From an uncultured Chloroflexia bacterium (GTDB lineage: Bacteria > Chloroflexota > Dehalococcoidia > Dehalococcoidales > RBG-16-60-22), in contig CAWCLJ010000004.1 in NCBI GenBank assembly GCA_963796365.1, positions 1,721,275 to 1,785,274 on the forward strand: a stretch of DNA of 64,000 bases, in the 5' to 3' direction. The notes under the pieces are model-generated. The model was not told the DNA's origin, did no database searches, and saw nothing but the letters and a program-made list of their open reading frames with translations. The first letter of the stretch is position 1, and each line of letters starts with the position of its first letter. Of the stretch, positions 18,121 to 30,531 are shown piece by piece. A program made the position numbers and the translations under genes.

Positions 18121-21100
18121 TTACAACGTCCGCTTCCGCCACTGGGTAAAATAAACAACTAAAGCTAATACCAGGCACGCGGCGCACACCCCGGTGATAA
18201 CGCCCCGGTTATTGGCCAGCGGCGCCGTGTCGGCTTTAGCGGGCAGCTCATTCGTCACCGCCGGCGTTGCAAAAACAGCGGGAGGAGCCGTTGGAGGCGG
18301 GGGTGGCGGTGGTTCGTTAACTAAAAGATTATCGGCAATGTCATTGACCGTCACGATGTCTCTCCCGGCTGACTTCGGGGTATAGCTGAAAATAACCATC
18401 CGGGCAGTCTGGCCGGCGATTACGACTTGCTGCGTATCTACCGGGGCGCCGTTCACCCTGAAGATCAATTTATAAAGGCCGTACTGTTCGCCGGTATTGG
18501 AGATAATTGTTTTTACCTCGACGTTTTGCCCGATATCCACCTGGCTGGCCGACATTGTAATGGATACTATCGTAAAAGCGGGCGGCGTTAAAGTAACCGT
18601 AAAGCTTCCCTTCAAACCGCCGACGGTTATCTGGTTAACGCCTTCATATCGCGTTTTCAGCTTAAAGTGCAGCGTGGTTTTTTCGCCGCCGTTAAGGATA
18701 ATGGTCTGGGGGTTAAGGGCGGCATCTTTAAGGATGACGGCGGCGGTATAATTGCCGCTCAAGTCACCCGCATTGGCAATGTCGACGCTGATATCTACAT
18801 CGTCGTATAGTTCGACGCTGGCCGGCGTAATCACGAGGTTGGAAAAAACGAAATTGGCCGGCCTGGGCAGGGCAAGCAGAGTATAGCGGGAAAAATGGCT
18901 GATGAGTGCGGTTAAAACATGTTTCTTTTTATCGATGGTAAAGGGCACCGGTTGATATGTCTTGCTGGCGCTGTCCCATAAAGCGATACAGAGCATATCC
19001 GGCGTAGCGTCCTTGGGAAGTTCGTTTTCATTATACATGATGGTCAAGGGGATGGCTGGACTGAAGGTCGCGCCGGCCGGCTGAAAATCGTAGACGTTTC
19101 CAACCAGCGACATTCCGGGTTGCGGCGCATCCGGTTGTTTCACATCGGTAATCGTAATAATGGGTAAAGCGCTGCCGGCTTTGTTTTTCGCTGTCGTGCC
19201 CGGCGGTATGTCGATGGTTGCCAGCGCATCGTAGCTGTTGGCCTGGATATCATCGAAAACGCGCCCGTCGTCACTAATGAGGGTGCGCAATCCGGTTATC
19301 GTTTTATCGTCGGCGGCTGACCCGCCGCTAATGCTTCCACCACCGCCGCCTCCGCCCCCTACGCCCGGAATCGTGACGCCTATCTGGGCGAAGATCGCGG
19401 TAATGTTGTAATCCCCGCTAATCGTCAATGTCGTATTATCGGAATTAATGTTGCTCACGGTACCCGTATCGCCGCTCCATTGCACAAACTGCCAGCCTGG
19501 TGCCGGCACGGCGGCGATGTTTACCGTCGCCCCCGCGTCGTAGGTATAAAATCCGGGCGCCGGCGTTACGTCACCGCTGCCGGAGACCGAAGTTATCAGG
19601 TTGCCTGCAACTCGCAGGAAATTAGCGGTTACGGTGGTATCGGTATCAATGGTAACGTCAATAATTGTTGAGTTTTGTGATGCGTCCCCGTTCCAGTTAA
19701 GGAAGACCCAGTTGACGGCGGGCGTGGCAGCGAGGGTCACATTACTGCCGATATCGTAAGGATGGGGGCCTGCCGGCGGCCAAACATTGCCGCCGCCGTT
19801 GGCTACCACCGTCAGAACGGGACGGTCGAAGACGGCGGTGATATTGTAATCGCCGTTGATAGTAATGGTTGCGTTCGCTGAACTGGCGTCGCTAAGAGCG
19901 GCGGTATCGCCCGTCCAGTTCTTAAACCTCCAGCCGGGCGCCGGTGCTGCGCTGATATCGAAGGAAGTATGCACGGGATAGGTGTAGTTGCCAGTCGCCA
20001 TGGAAATGCTGCCGTCACCGTTCGTCATCAGATTTAAAGTGCCGTTAACGCGGTAAAAATAGGCGGTCACGTTTTCACTGCGGTTCAATGTAATGTTAGT
20101 GCTCGATATCGTATTGCCTGATACATTGCCGGACCAACTTGCGAAAGCCCAATTAGCGGCAGGCTGGGCGGTAAGGTTAACACTGCTTCCCTGGTTATAG
20201 TCATGCTCTCCTGGCTCCGGTGTAATCGTTCCGTTGCCGCTGACCGCCATAGTCAGGGACACCATCGTGGTAAAACTACCGGTCGTATACGACCAGTTAT
20301 CGCCGGCAGAGTTGATAACGTAACACCGGTAATAATATGTCGTGCCGGCGCTTAGGCCGGTAATATTGGCGGAAAAAAGTCCGGTCTCTAATGCATCGAA
20401 GTTAAGGTCGTTGGCCCAATTCCCGGCGACATTCCCACCATCGCTCGGGCCCCAAAAAATATGGACAGCCGGGTTCTCGCCTCCGGTCAAGTTCACCTCT
20501 CCGTTAAGCCTGGCGGACTGTGTGGTAATTTCATCGGCGTCTTCGTTGGTAACTACCGGCGGTGCGACCGCTGCGCCGTAAATGCTGTAAATGCCCGCGA
20601 TATCATCGGCGGTGAGGACACGCTTGGTTGTCCCCGGCACGCCGTAGCCGCACATCACTTTATTGGCGTCATCGACACCGTAAAGGTCGTTCAGCATCAG
20701 GGTATGACCAAGCTCATGCGTCGCGATAGTCTGGACGTCGTAGTAACCGGGCGGGCAGATGGCCGATGTGCTCCAGTTATAATTATTATTAAATTCAATA
20801 TCGGACTCGAAGATTTTTAAAGTTGCCGGATTGTACCAGATACAATTAACCGCCAGCGTGCCGACGGCCATGTTCCCCCAAAAAATCTCGTTTACGCCGT
20901 TAGCGTTATATGCAGTAGCTGTGGTTGGCCCGTCATAAGTAAAGGTAAAAGCCGCGCCGGCGGCATTCCAGGTCGCCATGGCGGCCTCTATCGCGGCTGC
21001 TTCGCCGGTGCAGCCGGGTGCATTTTCATCAATACGGTAATGAATATTGGGAGCGGGCGGGTGGGGCCAGCATTTACCGGAGTACGAATAAGGAACGGAG

Positions 21101-21714
21101 GCACCGGATAAAACAACCGGGACAACTCCGTCATCGGCAAGATGGCCCTGGAGAAGCTGCTTAATCATGCCGGTAAAATCGGACAACGCCATGCTGCCAA
21201 CTTTCCCACCGACGGCGGAGTACTTGCCCTGGTAGCCGTCGTAGATGGAATACTGGTCCGTCGTAAGTTTATCGGTTAAAGCCCCGGCGGCAGGCACCTG
21301 GTCCCGAGGTATTTTATTCAAAAACAGGACGGCGCTGTCGCCTTCATTAAAGCCGGGCATATCGGAGAACCATTCTCCCGTACCATCAGCTTCACCGCCG
21401 GCAAAGGTGACAGTTATATCGGAGTTGGCGGCCTTGCCTTTAAGGGTCTCATTTACGGATACTACCACGGATGTATGTATGCCGGTCTTTCCGTCATCCC
21501 AGTAACTTATTTTGTCCTGTACTGTGCCCAGTGCGATAAGGTCGGAACCGGTAACCGCCGACTGTAGAAATGACCAATCCGCCGTGTCATCAGCGGCGCG
21601 GGCCTTTGGAGCGGTGATGGGAAACAGGCCCGTCAGCAGGGTAATTATCACCATAATGACGGCTAATAGGGGAAAAGATTTGCGCACGTATACACTTATC
21701 GTTTTGTTTTCCAT
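18121..21714 (-). CDS. cell-surface zinc metalloprotease / adhesin-like multidomain protein
   Basis: 1197 aa. N-terminal signal/TM, ATHELGHTLMLNDLYG zinc motif, FN3-like domain. Four tandem InlB-B-repeat-like units (..W.F..W.GD..). Gly and Pro linkers, two CARDB-like domains, C-terminal TM anchor + RKRTL. Confidence 0.75.
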   Translation of the reverse strand: MENKTISVYVRKSFPLLAVIMVIITLLTGLFPITAPKARAADDTADWSFLQSAVTGSDLIALGTVQDKISYWDDGKTGIHTSVVVSVNETLKGKAANSDITVTFAGGEADGTGEWFSDMPGFNEGDSAVLFLNKIPRDQVPAAGALTDKLTTDQYSIYDGYQGKYSAVGGKVGSMALSDFTGMIKQLLQGHLADDGVVPVVLSGASVPYSYSGKCWPHPPAPNIHYRIDENAPGCTGEAAAIEAAMATWNAAGAAFTFTYDGPTTATAYNANGVNEIFWGNMAVGTLAVNCIWYNPATLKIFESDIEFNNNYNWSTSAICPPGYYDVQTIATHELGHTLMLNDLYGVDDANKVMCGYGVPGTTKRVLTADDIAGIYSIYGAAVAPPVVTNEDADEITTQSARLNGEVNLTGGENPAVHIFWGPSDGGNVAGNWANDLNFDALETGLFSANITGLSAGTTYYYRCYVINSAGDNWSYTTGSFTTMVSLTMAVSGNGTITPEPGEHDYNQGSSVNLTAQPAANWAFASWSGNVSGNTISSTNITLNRSENVTAYFYRVNGTLNLMTNGDGSISMATGNYTYPVHTSFDISAAPAPGWRFKNWTGDTAALSDASSANATITINGDYNITAVFDRPVLTVVANGGGNVWPPAGPHPYDIGSNVTLAATPAVNWVFLNWNGDASQNSTIIDVTIDTDTTVTANFLRVAGNLITSVSGSGDVTPAPGFYTYDAGATVNIAAVPAPGWQFVQWSGDTGTVSNINSDNTTLTISGDYNITAIFAQIGVTIPGVGGGGGGGGSISGGSAADDKTITGLRTLISDDGRVFDDIQANSYDALATIDIPPGTTAKNKAGSALPIITITDVKQPDAPQPGMSLVGNVYDFQPAGATFSPAIPLTIMYNENELPKDATPDMLCIALWDSASKTYQPVPFTIDKKKHVLTALISHFSRYTLLALPRPANFVFSNLVITPASVELYDDVDISVDIANAGDLSGNYTAAVILKDAALNPQTIILNGGEKTTLHFKLKTRYEGVNQITVGGLKGSFTVTLTPPAFTIVSITMSASQVDIGQNVEVKTIISNTGEQYGLYKLIFRVNGAPVDTQQVVIAGQTARMVIFSYTPKSAGRDIVTVNDIADNLLVNEPPPPPPPTAPPAVFATPAVTNELPAKADTAPLANNRGVITGVCAACLVLALVVYFTQWRKRTL

Positions 21715-22003
21715 GGGACTACTGCTAGAGTATATTATTATCTAGGTAATGTTTAAGGGAAGTATAGACTTACTTGCTTTTTATTGTCAAGACTTATCAA
21801 GTATGCTCCTATTAGATTTAGAAAATATTTAGAAAAAATTAGGTAATTACTCAAACATTCATAAGCGGCGGCACTAATGCCATAAACCGGGATGCAATAG
21901 AAATCCGATAAGGTTTCGTCCCCATCTGTTTGCAACTTTAGGAGTTTCGCGATTCAATGTTTGTTATAGTGAAAAGGCATAAGACTTCACCAAGCCAGGA
22001 GGT

Positions 22004-22072
22004 GAGATTGCCACGCCTCATGCTTCGCATATTGGAGGTTTTCCGGGGCGAAGCACGATGGCTCGCAATGAC
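22004..22072. repeat. palindromic 'word' repeat (GAGATTGCCACGC...GGCTCGCAATGAC type)
   Basis: Same termini as the element at 17520-17603. Confidence 0.6.
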
Positions 22073-22173
22073 ATATCCTTCCAAACGCGAAAGTCCTGAA
22101 CTTGTTACTTGTCACTTTACCTCAACCGGGCTTATAATCAGATGCACGATTAAAGAAAGAACAGGAGTCAAAC

Positions 22174-22938
22174 ATGCCTGACAAAACATACCGCCTGTCC
22201 ATCGGCGATATCAAAATCACGATTTTCAGCGATGGTTATCTACAGGACCCGGAGGAACAGTTCGGGTTGAACGTTCTCTATATCGAGGCCGGAACTCACA
22301 AGATGCTGCTGGATAACGGCTGCGGCGTCACGTTCCAGGAAGGTACTGCCGGTAATCTTTTAAAGAACCTGAAGTCGGCCGGAATAAAACCGGGGGACGT
22401 CGATACCATCATCTTCGACCACGGCCATCTCGACCACGTTTGCGGTACGACCGACGAAAAAGGCAAGCCGATTTTCCCCAACGCCCGATACATCATCACA
22501 AAAAAGGAATGGGACTATATCCTGGCCGGGCCGACCGATAACAAAACGCAGAATGATTTTTACACTCCCGCCCGGAAATACCTCGTCCCGATGGAAGACA
22601 GTTTCGAGCTGGTCGGGGATAATTACGAGGTATTACCCGGCATTAAGTTCGTCCCTGCCCACGGCCACACCCGCGGCAATTCGATGGTAGACTTTTCTTC
22701 CAGTGGCCAGCACCTTCTATCGGTCGGCGATATGGTTCATTCCCAAAAAGAGTTCACCGAACCCGCCCACTGTGCCGCCTTCGATGTTGACTCCGATGAA
22801 GCGATAAAAACGCGGTCGAAAATCCTCGCCAAACTGGCTAAAGACGGGACGTTTGTTTTCGCCACCCACTTCGCCTTCCCCGGCCTCGGCCATTTCCGCG
22901 AGAAAAAGGGGGTCATAAGCTGGGAAGCGATAAAATAG
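22174..22938 (+). CDS. MBL-fold metallo-hydrolase
   Basis: FDHGHLDHVCG (HxHxDH) plus downstream His/Asp ligands. AGGAG SD. Confidence 0.8.
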   Translation: MPDKTYRLSIGDIKITIFSDGYLQDPEEQFGLNVLYIEAGTHKMLLDNGCGVTFQEGTAGNLLKNLKSAGIKPGDVDTIIFDHGHLDHVCGTTDEKGKPIFPNARYIITKKEWDYILAGPTDNKTQNDFYTPARKYLVPMEDSFELVGDNYEVLPGIKFVPAHGHTRGNSMVDFSSSGQHLLSVGDMVHSQKEFTEPAHCAAFDVDSDEAIKTRSKILAKLAKDGTFVFATHFAFPGLGHFREKKGVISWEAIK

Positions 22939-23104
22939 AACAGTAGAGGTTATTTAAGCAACATCCACTTTAACCCCCCTTCAAAGGGGGAAAGAATGGA
23001 TAAACGGATAATTCATCGGTTCATCCAGTTATTATTTCTCTTTTTAGGGAGAGTTAGAGGGGAATTTAGTATCGAACAATTATCTTATATTCCAGAAGTC
23101 TCTG

Positions 23105-23136
23105 AATAAAAAAGCCCCGGGATTTCTCTCGGGGCT
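23105..23136 (-). terminator. putative intrinsic terminator
   Basis: AGCCCCG-N10-CGGGGCT followed by a U-run on the minus strand, downstream of 23213..24064. Confidence 0.45.
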
Positions 23137-23212
23137 CTGTGTTGGTTATTGGTTTAATTAGTAATCTGATGGGTGTGGGGCATTTGATATTGGTACTTAT
23201 CTGTAGTATTTT

Positions 23213-24064
23213 CTAGTTTTCCCGCCAGTTCCAGTCTCTCCCGCCCTTGAACACGGCGGAGTTCATCTCATTGCTTAAGAATATCAGATTAGCCTGCGGG
23301 AAACGCATGCACATGGCATAAAAGAAGTCGCCGGTAGTTTTATGTTTTGGCAGCTCTTCTCTGGTGGCTTTGAGGTAGTCTTTCATGAACTCGAAGGTGG
23401 AGTTATCGAAAGGCATGCCCGGTTTCTCATGTCCCGGTATGACCACCTCCGCCCCCAGCTTTTCCAGCCGTCCGATGTCTTTCAGCCAGAGTACGCGTTC
23501 TTCCTCGGTGATTTCACAGGTAAAGGGGTGCGACTGGTTAAAGAGGACATCGCTGCCGTAAAGGGTCTTGATGGAAGGTATCCAGACTACCGAGTTCCAT
23601 TTCAGGTCACCCATGACCTCCGGTATGATTTCGATGCGCTTGCCTTCAAGTTCGAAGTAATTTTTCGTCATCGGTTCGATGTTCACCGCTTTGGTGGGTA
23701 CGTTCGTCGGCCCGATGATATTCCGCCAGTGGTCCACCTTGCCGAACATCTGTTTGTTAATCGTGCGGGCGACATCCGGCAGGGCGATGACCTTCGCTTC
23801 CGGGAAAGCCTCGACAATCGGCCCCAGCCCGAAATAGTGGTCCGGGTGAGCGTGGGTGACATAGATGTATTTAAGGTGTTTGCTTGTCTCCAGGATTTCC
23901 GCTGCCACACGGTGTCCGTTGGATAAGCTCCATTGAGCATCGATAAGCGCGGCGTCCGTTTTCCCCGTGACGATAACCGAAGCGACGGAAAAACCGCTCT
24001 CGTCGCTGAAAAATACCTTTGTCGCCAGCTCGTTTTCGCCATGCCGGTTGATTCTAATTTCCAT
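23213..24064 (-). CDS. MBL-fold metallo-hydrolase
   Basis: VTHAHPDHYFG motif. 283 aa. Confidence 0.8.
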   Translation of the reverse strand: MEIRINRHGENELATKVFFSDESGFSVASVIVTGKTDAALIDAQWSLSNGHRVAAEILETSKHLKYIYVTHAHPDHYFGLGPIVEAFPEAKVIALPDVARTINKQMFGKVDHWRNIIGPTNVPTKAVNIEPMTKNYFELEGKRIEIIPEVMGDLKWNSVVWIPSIKTLYGSDVLFNQSHPFTCEITEEERVLWLKDIGRLEKLGAEVVIPGHEKPGMPFDNSTFEFMKDYLKATREELPKHKTTGDFFYAMCMRFPQANLIFLSNEMNSAVFKGGRDWNWREN

Positions 24065-24281
24065 CTTTTACCCTCCTAAATAAGTTCGTTCTAGTTTAGC
24101 AAAGCATTGTTCCGCGGTGCAACTGGGCGTGAAAGTTTGAAAAAAGTAGTTGTTGCCAAATGGCGAACGGATTCTTTATGCGGTTTTTCTTTTTTCCCCT
24201 GCCTTGTTTATGGTTTGTTTATCACGCAATTTAGACAATGTATCTGCAACATAAGGTGCAAAATCATAGAAACAAGAAGAT

Positions 24282-25616
24282 ATGCAGTTAGTTAACGATT
24301 CCCAGACTTTCCAGAAGAATAAACTCGCGCAGCCGATTGTCGACGAGCCTAAAAAGCTGCCCAAGATTGCCATTCCGGTTATCAAAAAACAGGAAACAAT
24401 CAGGATACGACTCGACCTTCTTAACAAAATTTGTGGCAACACGCGGTCGGCCAAGCAGCAGGTCGCGGTCTATTCGACGATTATCGAAATGGCGCGGTAT
24501 GCGCTTAATGCCTGCGCATCTTCTATGATATTGTTCGACGAACATGATAATAAGGTGATGCGCCGGTTTTCCGACGGCCCGCTGGGAAAACAGGTCATAC
24601 AATTAACTACCCAGCAGCAACTCGGTATTGCCGGACTGGTCGTTCAGACCGGAAAATCGCTGAAAGTCAACGCCGTCGATGAAGACGCCCGGTTCGGCCG
24701 GTTCAAAGGCGAAGTCGCCGGCGTCCTGGTGCGGTCGGCGATTTGCGTCCCCCTGATCATCAACAAAAAGGTCATCGGCATCCTGGAAGTATTGAACAAG
24801 CTGGACGGCAACGATTTTACTGACCGGGACCTGCAAACGATGGACGGTATGGCCGCCGGCTCTACTTTAACGATAGAAAACGTTAAAAATAATGAAAACC
24901 TGCTGTTATCCTACCGCAGCCATCTGCTCAAGCTGGTCAAAGACAACGATGCCCGGGAACTTTCGGAGTGTAAACATGCGCGGCGCGTGGCAGACTATGC
25001 GTTAATTGCCGCCAGAGAGCTTAACCTGCCGGCGGAAGGGCAGACGGTCATCGAATACGGCGCCATCCTCCATGATGTCGGCATGCTGGGTGTGCCGCCG
25101 GAAATTCTGACGAAAAAAGAAAAGCTGACGAACGAGGACTGGAGCATTATCCGCAAGCACCCGGTGATGGGTTATAATCTTTTAAGGGGCATGCCGAACC
25201 TGAACCAGGTAGGGAAAATCATCCTTTATCACCATGAAAGGTTCGACGGCAAAGGCTATCCCGCCGGGCTGAAAGGTGAGACCATCCCTTTGAACGCCCA
25301 GATAATTTCCGTCGCGGAAGCTTTTGACAGCATGACGGTAAAACATGCCTACCGCGACGCCATGTCTCCCCAGCAGGCGATGAAAGAGCTTGGCCAGTAT
25401 TCCGGCACCCAGTTTAACCCAGACGCCGTCAAGGCGATCTGCATGGGGCATATCCGTTCCCGGTCGTTGAACGGCATTAAAGCCAAAGAGGACGTTAAGA
25501 AAATCGACTATTTTAAGAACCAGCACGGCGAGTCCAGCACCTGGAAAATCAACTTCAGCCAGAGTTCCCGTTTAGGGAATACACAACAGCCCGCCGCGCC
25601 GGCTAACCCGGCATAA
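24282..25616 (+). CDS. GAF + HD-GYP domain protein (putative c-di-GMP phosphodiesterase/signalling protein)
   Basis: GAF-like region (..ICVPLIINKKVIGILEVLNK..), HDVGMLGVP and YHHERFDGKGYPAGL motifs. True start may be downstream of 24282. Confidence 0.75.
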   Translation: MQLVNDSQTFQKNKLAQPIVDEPKKLPKIAIPVIKKQETIRIRLDLLNKICGNTRSAKQQVAVYSTIIEMARYALNACASSMILFDEHDNKVMRRFSDGPLGKQVIQLTTQQQLGIAGLVVQTGKSLKVNAVDEDARFGRFKGEVAGVLVRSAICVPLIINKKVIGILEVLNKLDGNDFTDRDLQTMDGMAAGSTLTIENVKNNENLLLSYRSHLLKLVKDNDARELSECKHARRVADYALIAARELNLPAEGQTVIEYGAILHDVGMLGVPPEILTKKEKLTNEDWSIIRKHPVMGYNLLRGMPNLNQVGKIILYHHERFDGKGYPAGLKGETIPLNAQIISVAEAFDSMTVKHAYRDAMSPQQAMKELGQYSGTQFNPDAVKAICMGHIRSRSLNGIKAKEDVKKIDYFKNQHGESSTWKINFSQSSRLGNTQQPAAPANPA

Positions 25617-25653
25617 CCGGACATTTCCGGATAGTTTAAACCGGCCCGCCTTT

Positions 25654-26997
25654 TTATTCCGCCGACCCGTTCAGCGGGCAAACGCTACATTTGCCTTGCG
25701 TGCACAAAGTCTTGTAAATTTGCAACAGACCCTGCCGCTTTGATACATTAGTGACCATGCCCGCCATTAACCCCAGTTGTTTTCGCATGTGCTTTTCCAG
25801 GGAGTTTTCCGCCGCGGCCGGGAAATGGCGGAAAATATCGAAGGCTTTTTCTTCCAACCCGGGCGCCGATACCGCCTGCCCGTAAGCCGCATAAAAAGGC
25901 AATACAGAATTGGTGATAATGTCTCCCGCCCGCTCTTTGCCGGTTAATGCCGGGGCCGGAACCCTTGCCGGTATGCCAAAATCCAGATATTTTCCCCAAT
26001 AGCCTTCCGCCCTTACCAGTAAGGAATCTTCCAGCAGGCCTACGGAATTATTCTGGGCTGTCTCAAGGACTGACTTCAACCCGTCTAAAATTCCCGATTT
26101 CCGGTACCTCGTCAGCAAAGCGCTTATCGCGGCAATGCGGCGGACGGGCAAATTCCCCGGTCTAACTTTAAAAAATTGCCAGTCATCGGCGGACAATTGG
26201 GCGATTTTCCCGCTCTTTTCCCATAACCGCTCCAGTCCGGTTTCAAATTCATCAACGGGCCGGCCGGAGGAACAACCTCGAAGACGTTGTGCAGGCAATA
26301 GCCCCGCTGCTCCTATTAGATAGGCCTGGATTTGCGTATGGCACTCATCATCCGGCGCCGTTGCGGACATGATAACTTCCAGTTCTTTTAAAGGCACCGC
26401 CCGGGCTAGTTTTGCCATTGCCTCTTTGTTCTTGGTATAGCCCAGCGCTGTCATAATACCCCGGTATAACGCCTGCCCCGCCCCCTCATTTAAAATGTCT
26501 TCCTGGAAGTCCTGAATCCTGGCGTAAAACCTTGCCTTCCCGGCTTCCTCCAGCAGGTCCGGTATAATTTCCGGCCTGGCCAGGCAAATAACGGGCGTAA
26601 CCGGGGAGAAAGCAGAGCTAAGCCGCCGTCCGGCCTGCACTTCGGTGTATGCCTCCAGGGCGATGGTGGGGACTTCCATTCCGTTTTGCAGCATAGTCTC
26701 TTTGCCGGCGTCATCCCGGCGGACAATATGCAGGATAACGGAATTATAGGCGGGGTCTTCATGGTGTCCATGCTGCCACCAGCCGCTTGACTTAACGTGA
26801 AACTCAATATCGCCTTTAACGAGCCCTTGCGGCGTGGCGATGACAGCTTCTTTAAAATCGGCGCCGCGCCCGTCATTGGGCCGGCCGGGATAGATAATCC
26901 GGACCGGTTCGTTTTTGACCGTTTTCAGGTCCGCCCGCTGCCATACCGGCGATTGCCATATTTCCAGCACGCGGCTTTCGGGAACGGTGAAAGACAT
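25654..26997 (-). CDS. DUF2851-family protein
   Basis: N-terminal ..IWQSPVWQRADLKT..PVRIIYPGRPNDGRGADFKEA..GDIEFHVKSSGWWQHGHHEDPAYNSVILHIV matches my recollection of DUF2851. Confidence 0.55.
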   Translation of the reverse strand: MSFTVPESRVLEIWQSPVWQRADLKTVKNEPVRIIYPGRPNDGRGADFKEAVIATPQGLVKGDIEFHVKSSGWWQHGHHEDPAYNSVILHIVRRDDAGKETMLQNGMEVPTIALEAYTEVQAGRRLSSAFSPVTPVICLARPEIIPDLLEEAGKARFYARIQDFQEDILNEGAGQALYRGIMTALGYTKNKEAMAKLARAVPLKELEVIMSATAPDDECHTQIQAYLIGAAGLLPAQRLRGCSSGRPVDEFETGLERLWEKSGKIAQLSADDWQFFKVRPGNLPVRRIAAISALLTRYRKSGILDGLKSVLETAQNNSVGLLEDSLLVRAEGYWGKYLDFGIPARVPAPALTGKERAGDIITNSVLPFYAAYGQAVSAPGLEEKAFDIFRHFPAAAENSLEKHMRKQLGLMAGMVTNVSKRQGLLQIYKTLCTQGKCSVCPLNGSAE

Positions 26998-27232
26998 GAC
27001 TACCTCTTTCAGTCAAGCACGAAATACGAGTATCGAAGCACGAATAAAGGTAACTCAAAGCTGAAAACTCAAAAAGCCTGCCCCGTACTTGATACGGGGT
27101 TAAAACCATAACGCAAAACTAAAAACTGATTCTAGTAACGGTAACTTTTACTTTTTAGCTGTGGCTTTGAGCTTTGCGCTTTCAGTTTTAAGCTTTCATA
27201 ATACTACACGATATCGTGTAAAATGTCAAGCC

Positions 27233-27463
27233 TTATTTAGAAGAGGCGTCGTATTTGAATTTTGCTTTTTCGGCAATCATGGAGAGGAGCCTGGCGGAGG
27301 CGCCGCGCGGCTTATACATGCCGGTTTCCCACTCGCTGATGGTCTGCTGCCGCGTTCCCAGTTGCTCGGACAATCCGGTCTGTGTCAGGCTGAGGTGCCG
27401 GCGCAGGGCCTGGACGCTTTCGCCGTCCCACTGGTTTTTAGTTCCCGGGGCTTTCTTTCCCAT
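27233..27463 (-). CDS. XRE-family HTH transcriptional regulator
   Basis: LRRHLSLTQTGLSEQLGTRQQTISEWETG is a classic Cro/C1 HTH. Confidence 0.7.
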   Translation of the reverse strand: MGKKAPGTKNQWDGESVQALRRHLSLTQTGLSEQLGTRQQTISEWETGMYKPRGASARLLSMIAEKAKFKYDASSK

Positions 27464-27803
27464 GCCTGAATTTTACACGATGCCGGATAAGAAGGTCAAT
27501 CGGAGGAAGTAACAAGTAACAACCGTTCAAGTGACAAGGAATGACTAAGTAACAAGTGATAAAAAGGACTGTCATGCTGGAGGAACGAAGTGACGAAGCA
27601 TACCAGGTAAGGGTTTTATCGATTATCTTTTTTTATGTGTCACTTACATGTTATTGCTACTTGGCAATTGTTACTTTTTCTTCTCCCCCTATCCTATCGG
27701 CCAGTCAAAAGACTGTCTTTCCCGCCACCGGTAACTTAGTCCTGTGCCGGGTGCCGCCGTTCCGGCTTTCTTTTATAGTGAGTATGACTAAAGGAGCACG
27801 GTT

Positions 27804-28262
27804 ATGTTTCAGGTAATTTATTATTCATGCACCGGCAATACCCGTAAAGTTGCGGAAGTCATCGCTACTGTGCTGGGAACGGCGGCCAATGATGTCAGAA
27901 CGGTAGATATCGTTTCCCAGGGTGATTTCATTTTCCTGGGGACCGGCTGCTACCAGGGTGAACTGCCCATAGAAATCAGGGAATTTCTCGAGAGAAACCG
28001 GTTCAACGGGCGCAAGATTGCCCTGTTTACCACCTCCCCCTTCGGTCTGGACGCCGAGCGCCGCCGTGTTGAGAAACAGCTTGAAGCTTGCGGCGCTATC
28101 ATCGTACGAAATTTCAAATGCTACGGCCGGCTGCTGGATATCAACAAAGAACATCCTACCTGGCTGGAATTGAAAAAAGCCGCCTGGTTTGCCCGTTCGG
28201 CGGCGATTACGCTATTCGACCGGCACGCTGATGAAATTGAAATGCTTATCCCGGCAGGGTAA
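27804..28262 (+). CDS. flavodoxin-like protein
   Basis: MFQVIYYSCTGNTRKVAE N-terminus. Paralog of 37732..38190. Confidence 0.7.
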   Translation: MFQVIYYSCTGNTRKVAEVIATVLGTAANDVRTVDIVSQGDFIFLGTGCYQGELPIEIREFLERNRFNGRKIALFTTSPFGLDAERRRVEKQLEACGAIIVRNFKCYGRLLDINKEHPTWLELKKAAWFARSAAITLFDRHADEIEMLIPAG

Positions 28263-28283
28263 TAAAAAAATAAGGAGAAAAAT

Positions 28284-28688
28284 ATGGACAAGAAAGAAAT
28301 GATCGCTTTTATCACCGCCAATCCCATCGGTTATCTGGCTACCATCGAAGGCAACTCCGCGCGGGTACGCGGCATGGATACCCTCCAGGCCGATGATGAC
28401 GGCCTCGTTTTCTATACCGGCAAGAACAAAGATGTTTTTAAGCAGCTGGCAGCCAACCCCAACGTTGAAGTATGTTACTTTGCCAGGGGGAAACAGGTAA
28501 GGGTGCGCGGTGCGCTGGAAATGCTTGAAAATGAAGCCATAAAAAAAGAGGTTGTCAACAAACGGCCCTTCCTTAAGCCGATGGTGGCCAAAGGCTACGA
28601 CATGCTGGCGGTCTGCCGCCTCAAGGGCCGGGCGAGCTACTGGAGCATGGATAATATGGCTGCCTCGCCTGTTTACATAGAGTTTTAA
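28284..28688 (+). CDS. pyridoxamine 5'-phosphate oxidase-family (FMN-binding split barrel) protein
   Basis: 134 aa. ..NPIGYLATIEGNSARVRGM.. and overall PNPOx-like pattern. Confidence 0.6.
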   Translation: MDKKEMIAFITANPIGYLATIEGNSARVRGMDTLQADDDGLVFYTGKNKDVFKQLAANPNVEVCYFARGKQVRVRGALEMLENEAIKKEVVNKRPFLKPMVAKGYDMLAVCRLKGRASYWSMDNMAASPVYIEF

Positions 28689-28769
28689 GTTATTAAGAAA
28701 ATTACAGATTAAAAAAAACATAGTGGATTAGGCTGACTAATATGAATTGTAACTTTAATGCCAAACAAA

Positions 28770-28807
28770 ATAGCCCCCCGGTTTTTCCCCGAGGGGCTAT
28801 CTTTTTC
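28770..28807. terminator. bidirectional intrinsic terminator between convergent genes
   Basis: ATAGCCCC-N15-GGGGCTAT with an A-run before and a T-run after the stem. Confidence 0.55.
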
Positions 28808-28875
28808 CCAGTAGGGTGGGGTATTTTCCCTCCCCCGCGTGTTAACTTTTGAGCTTTGAGTTTTAAGCTCTCAAC

Positions 28876-30531
<1,656 letters not shown>

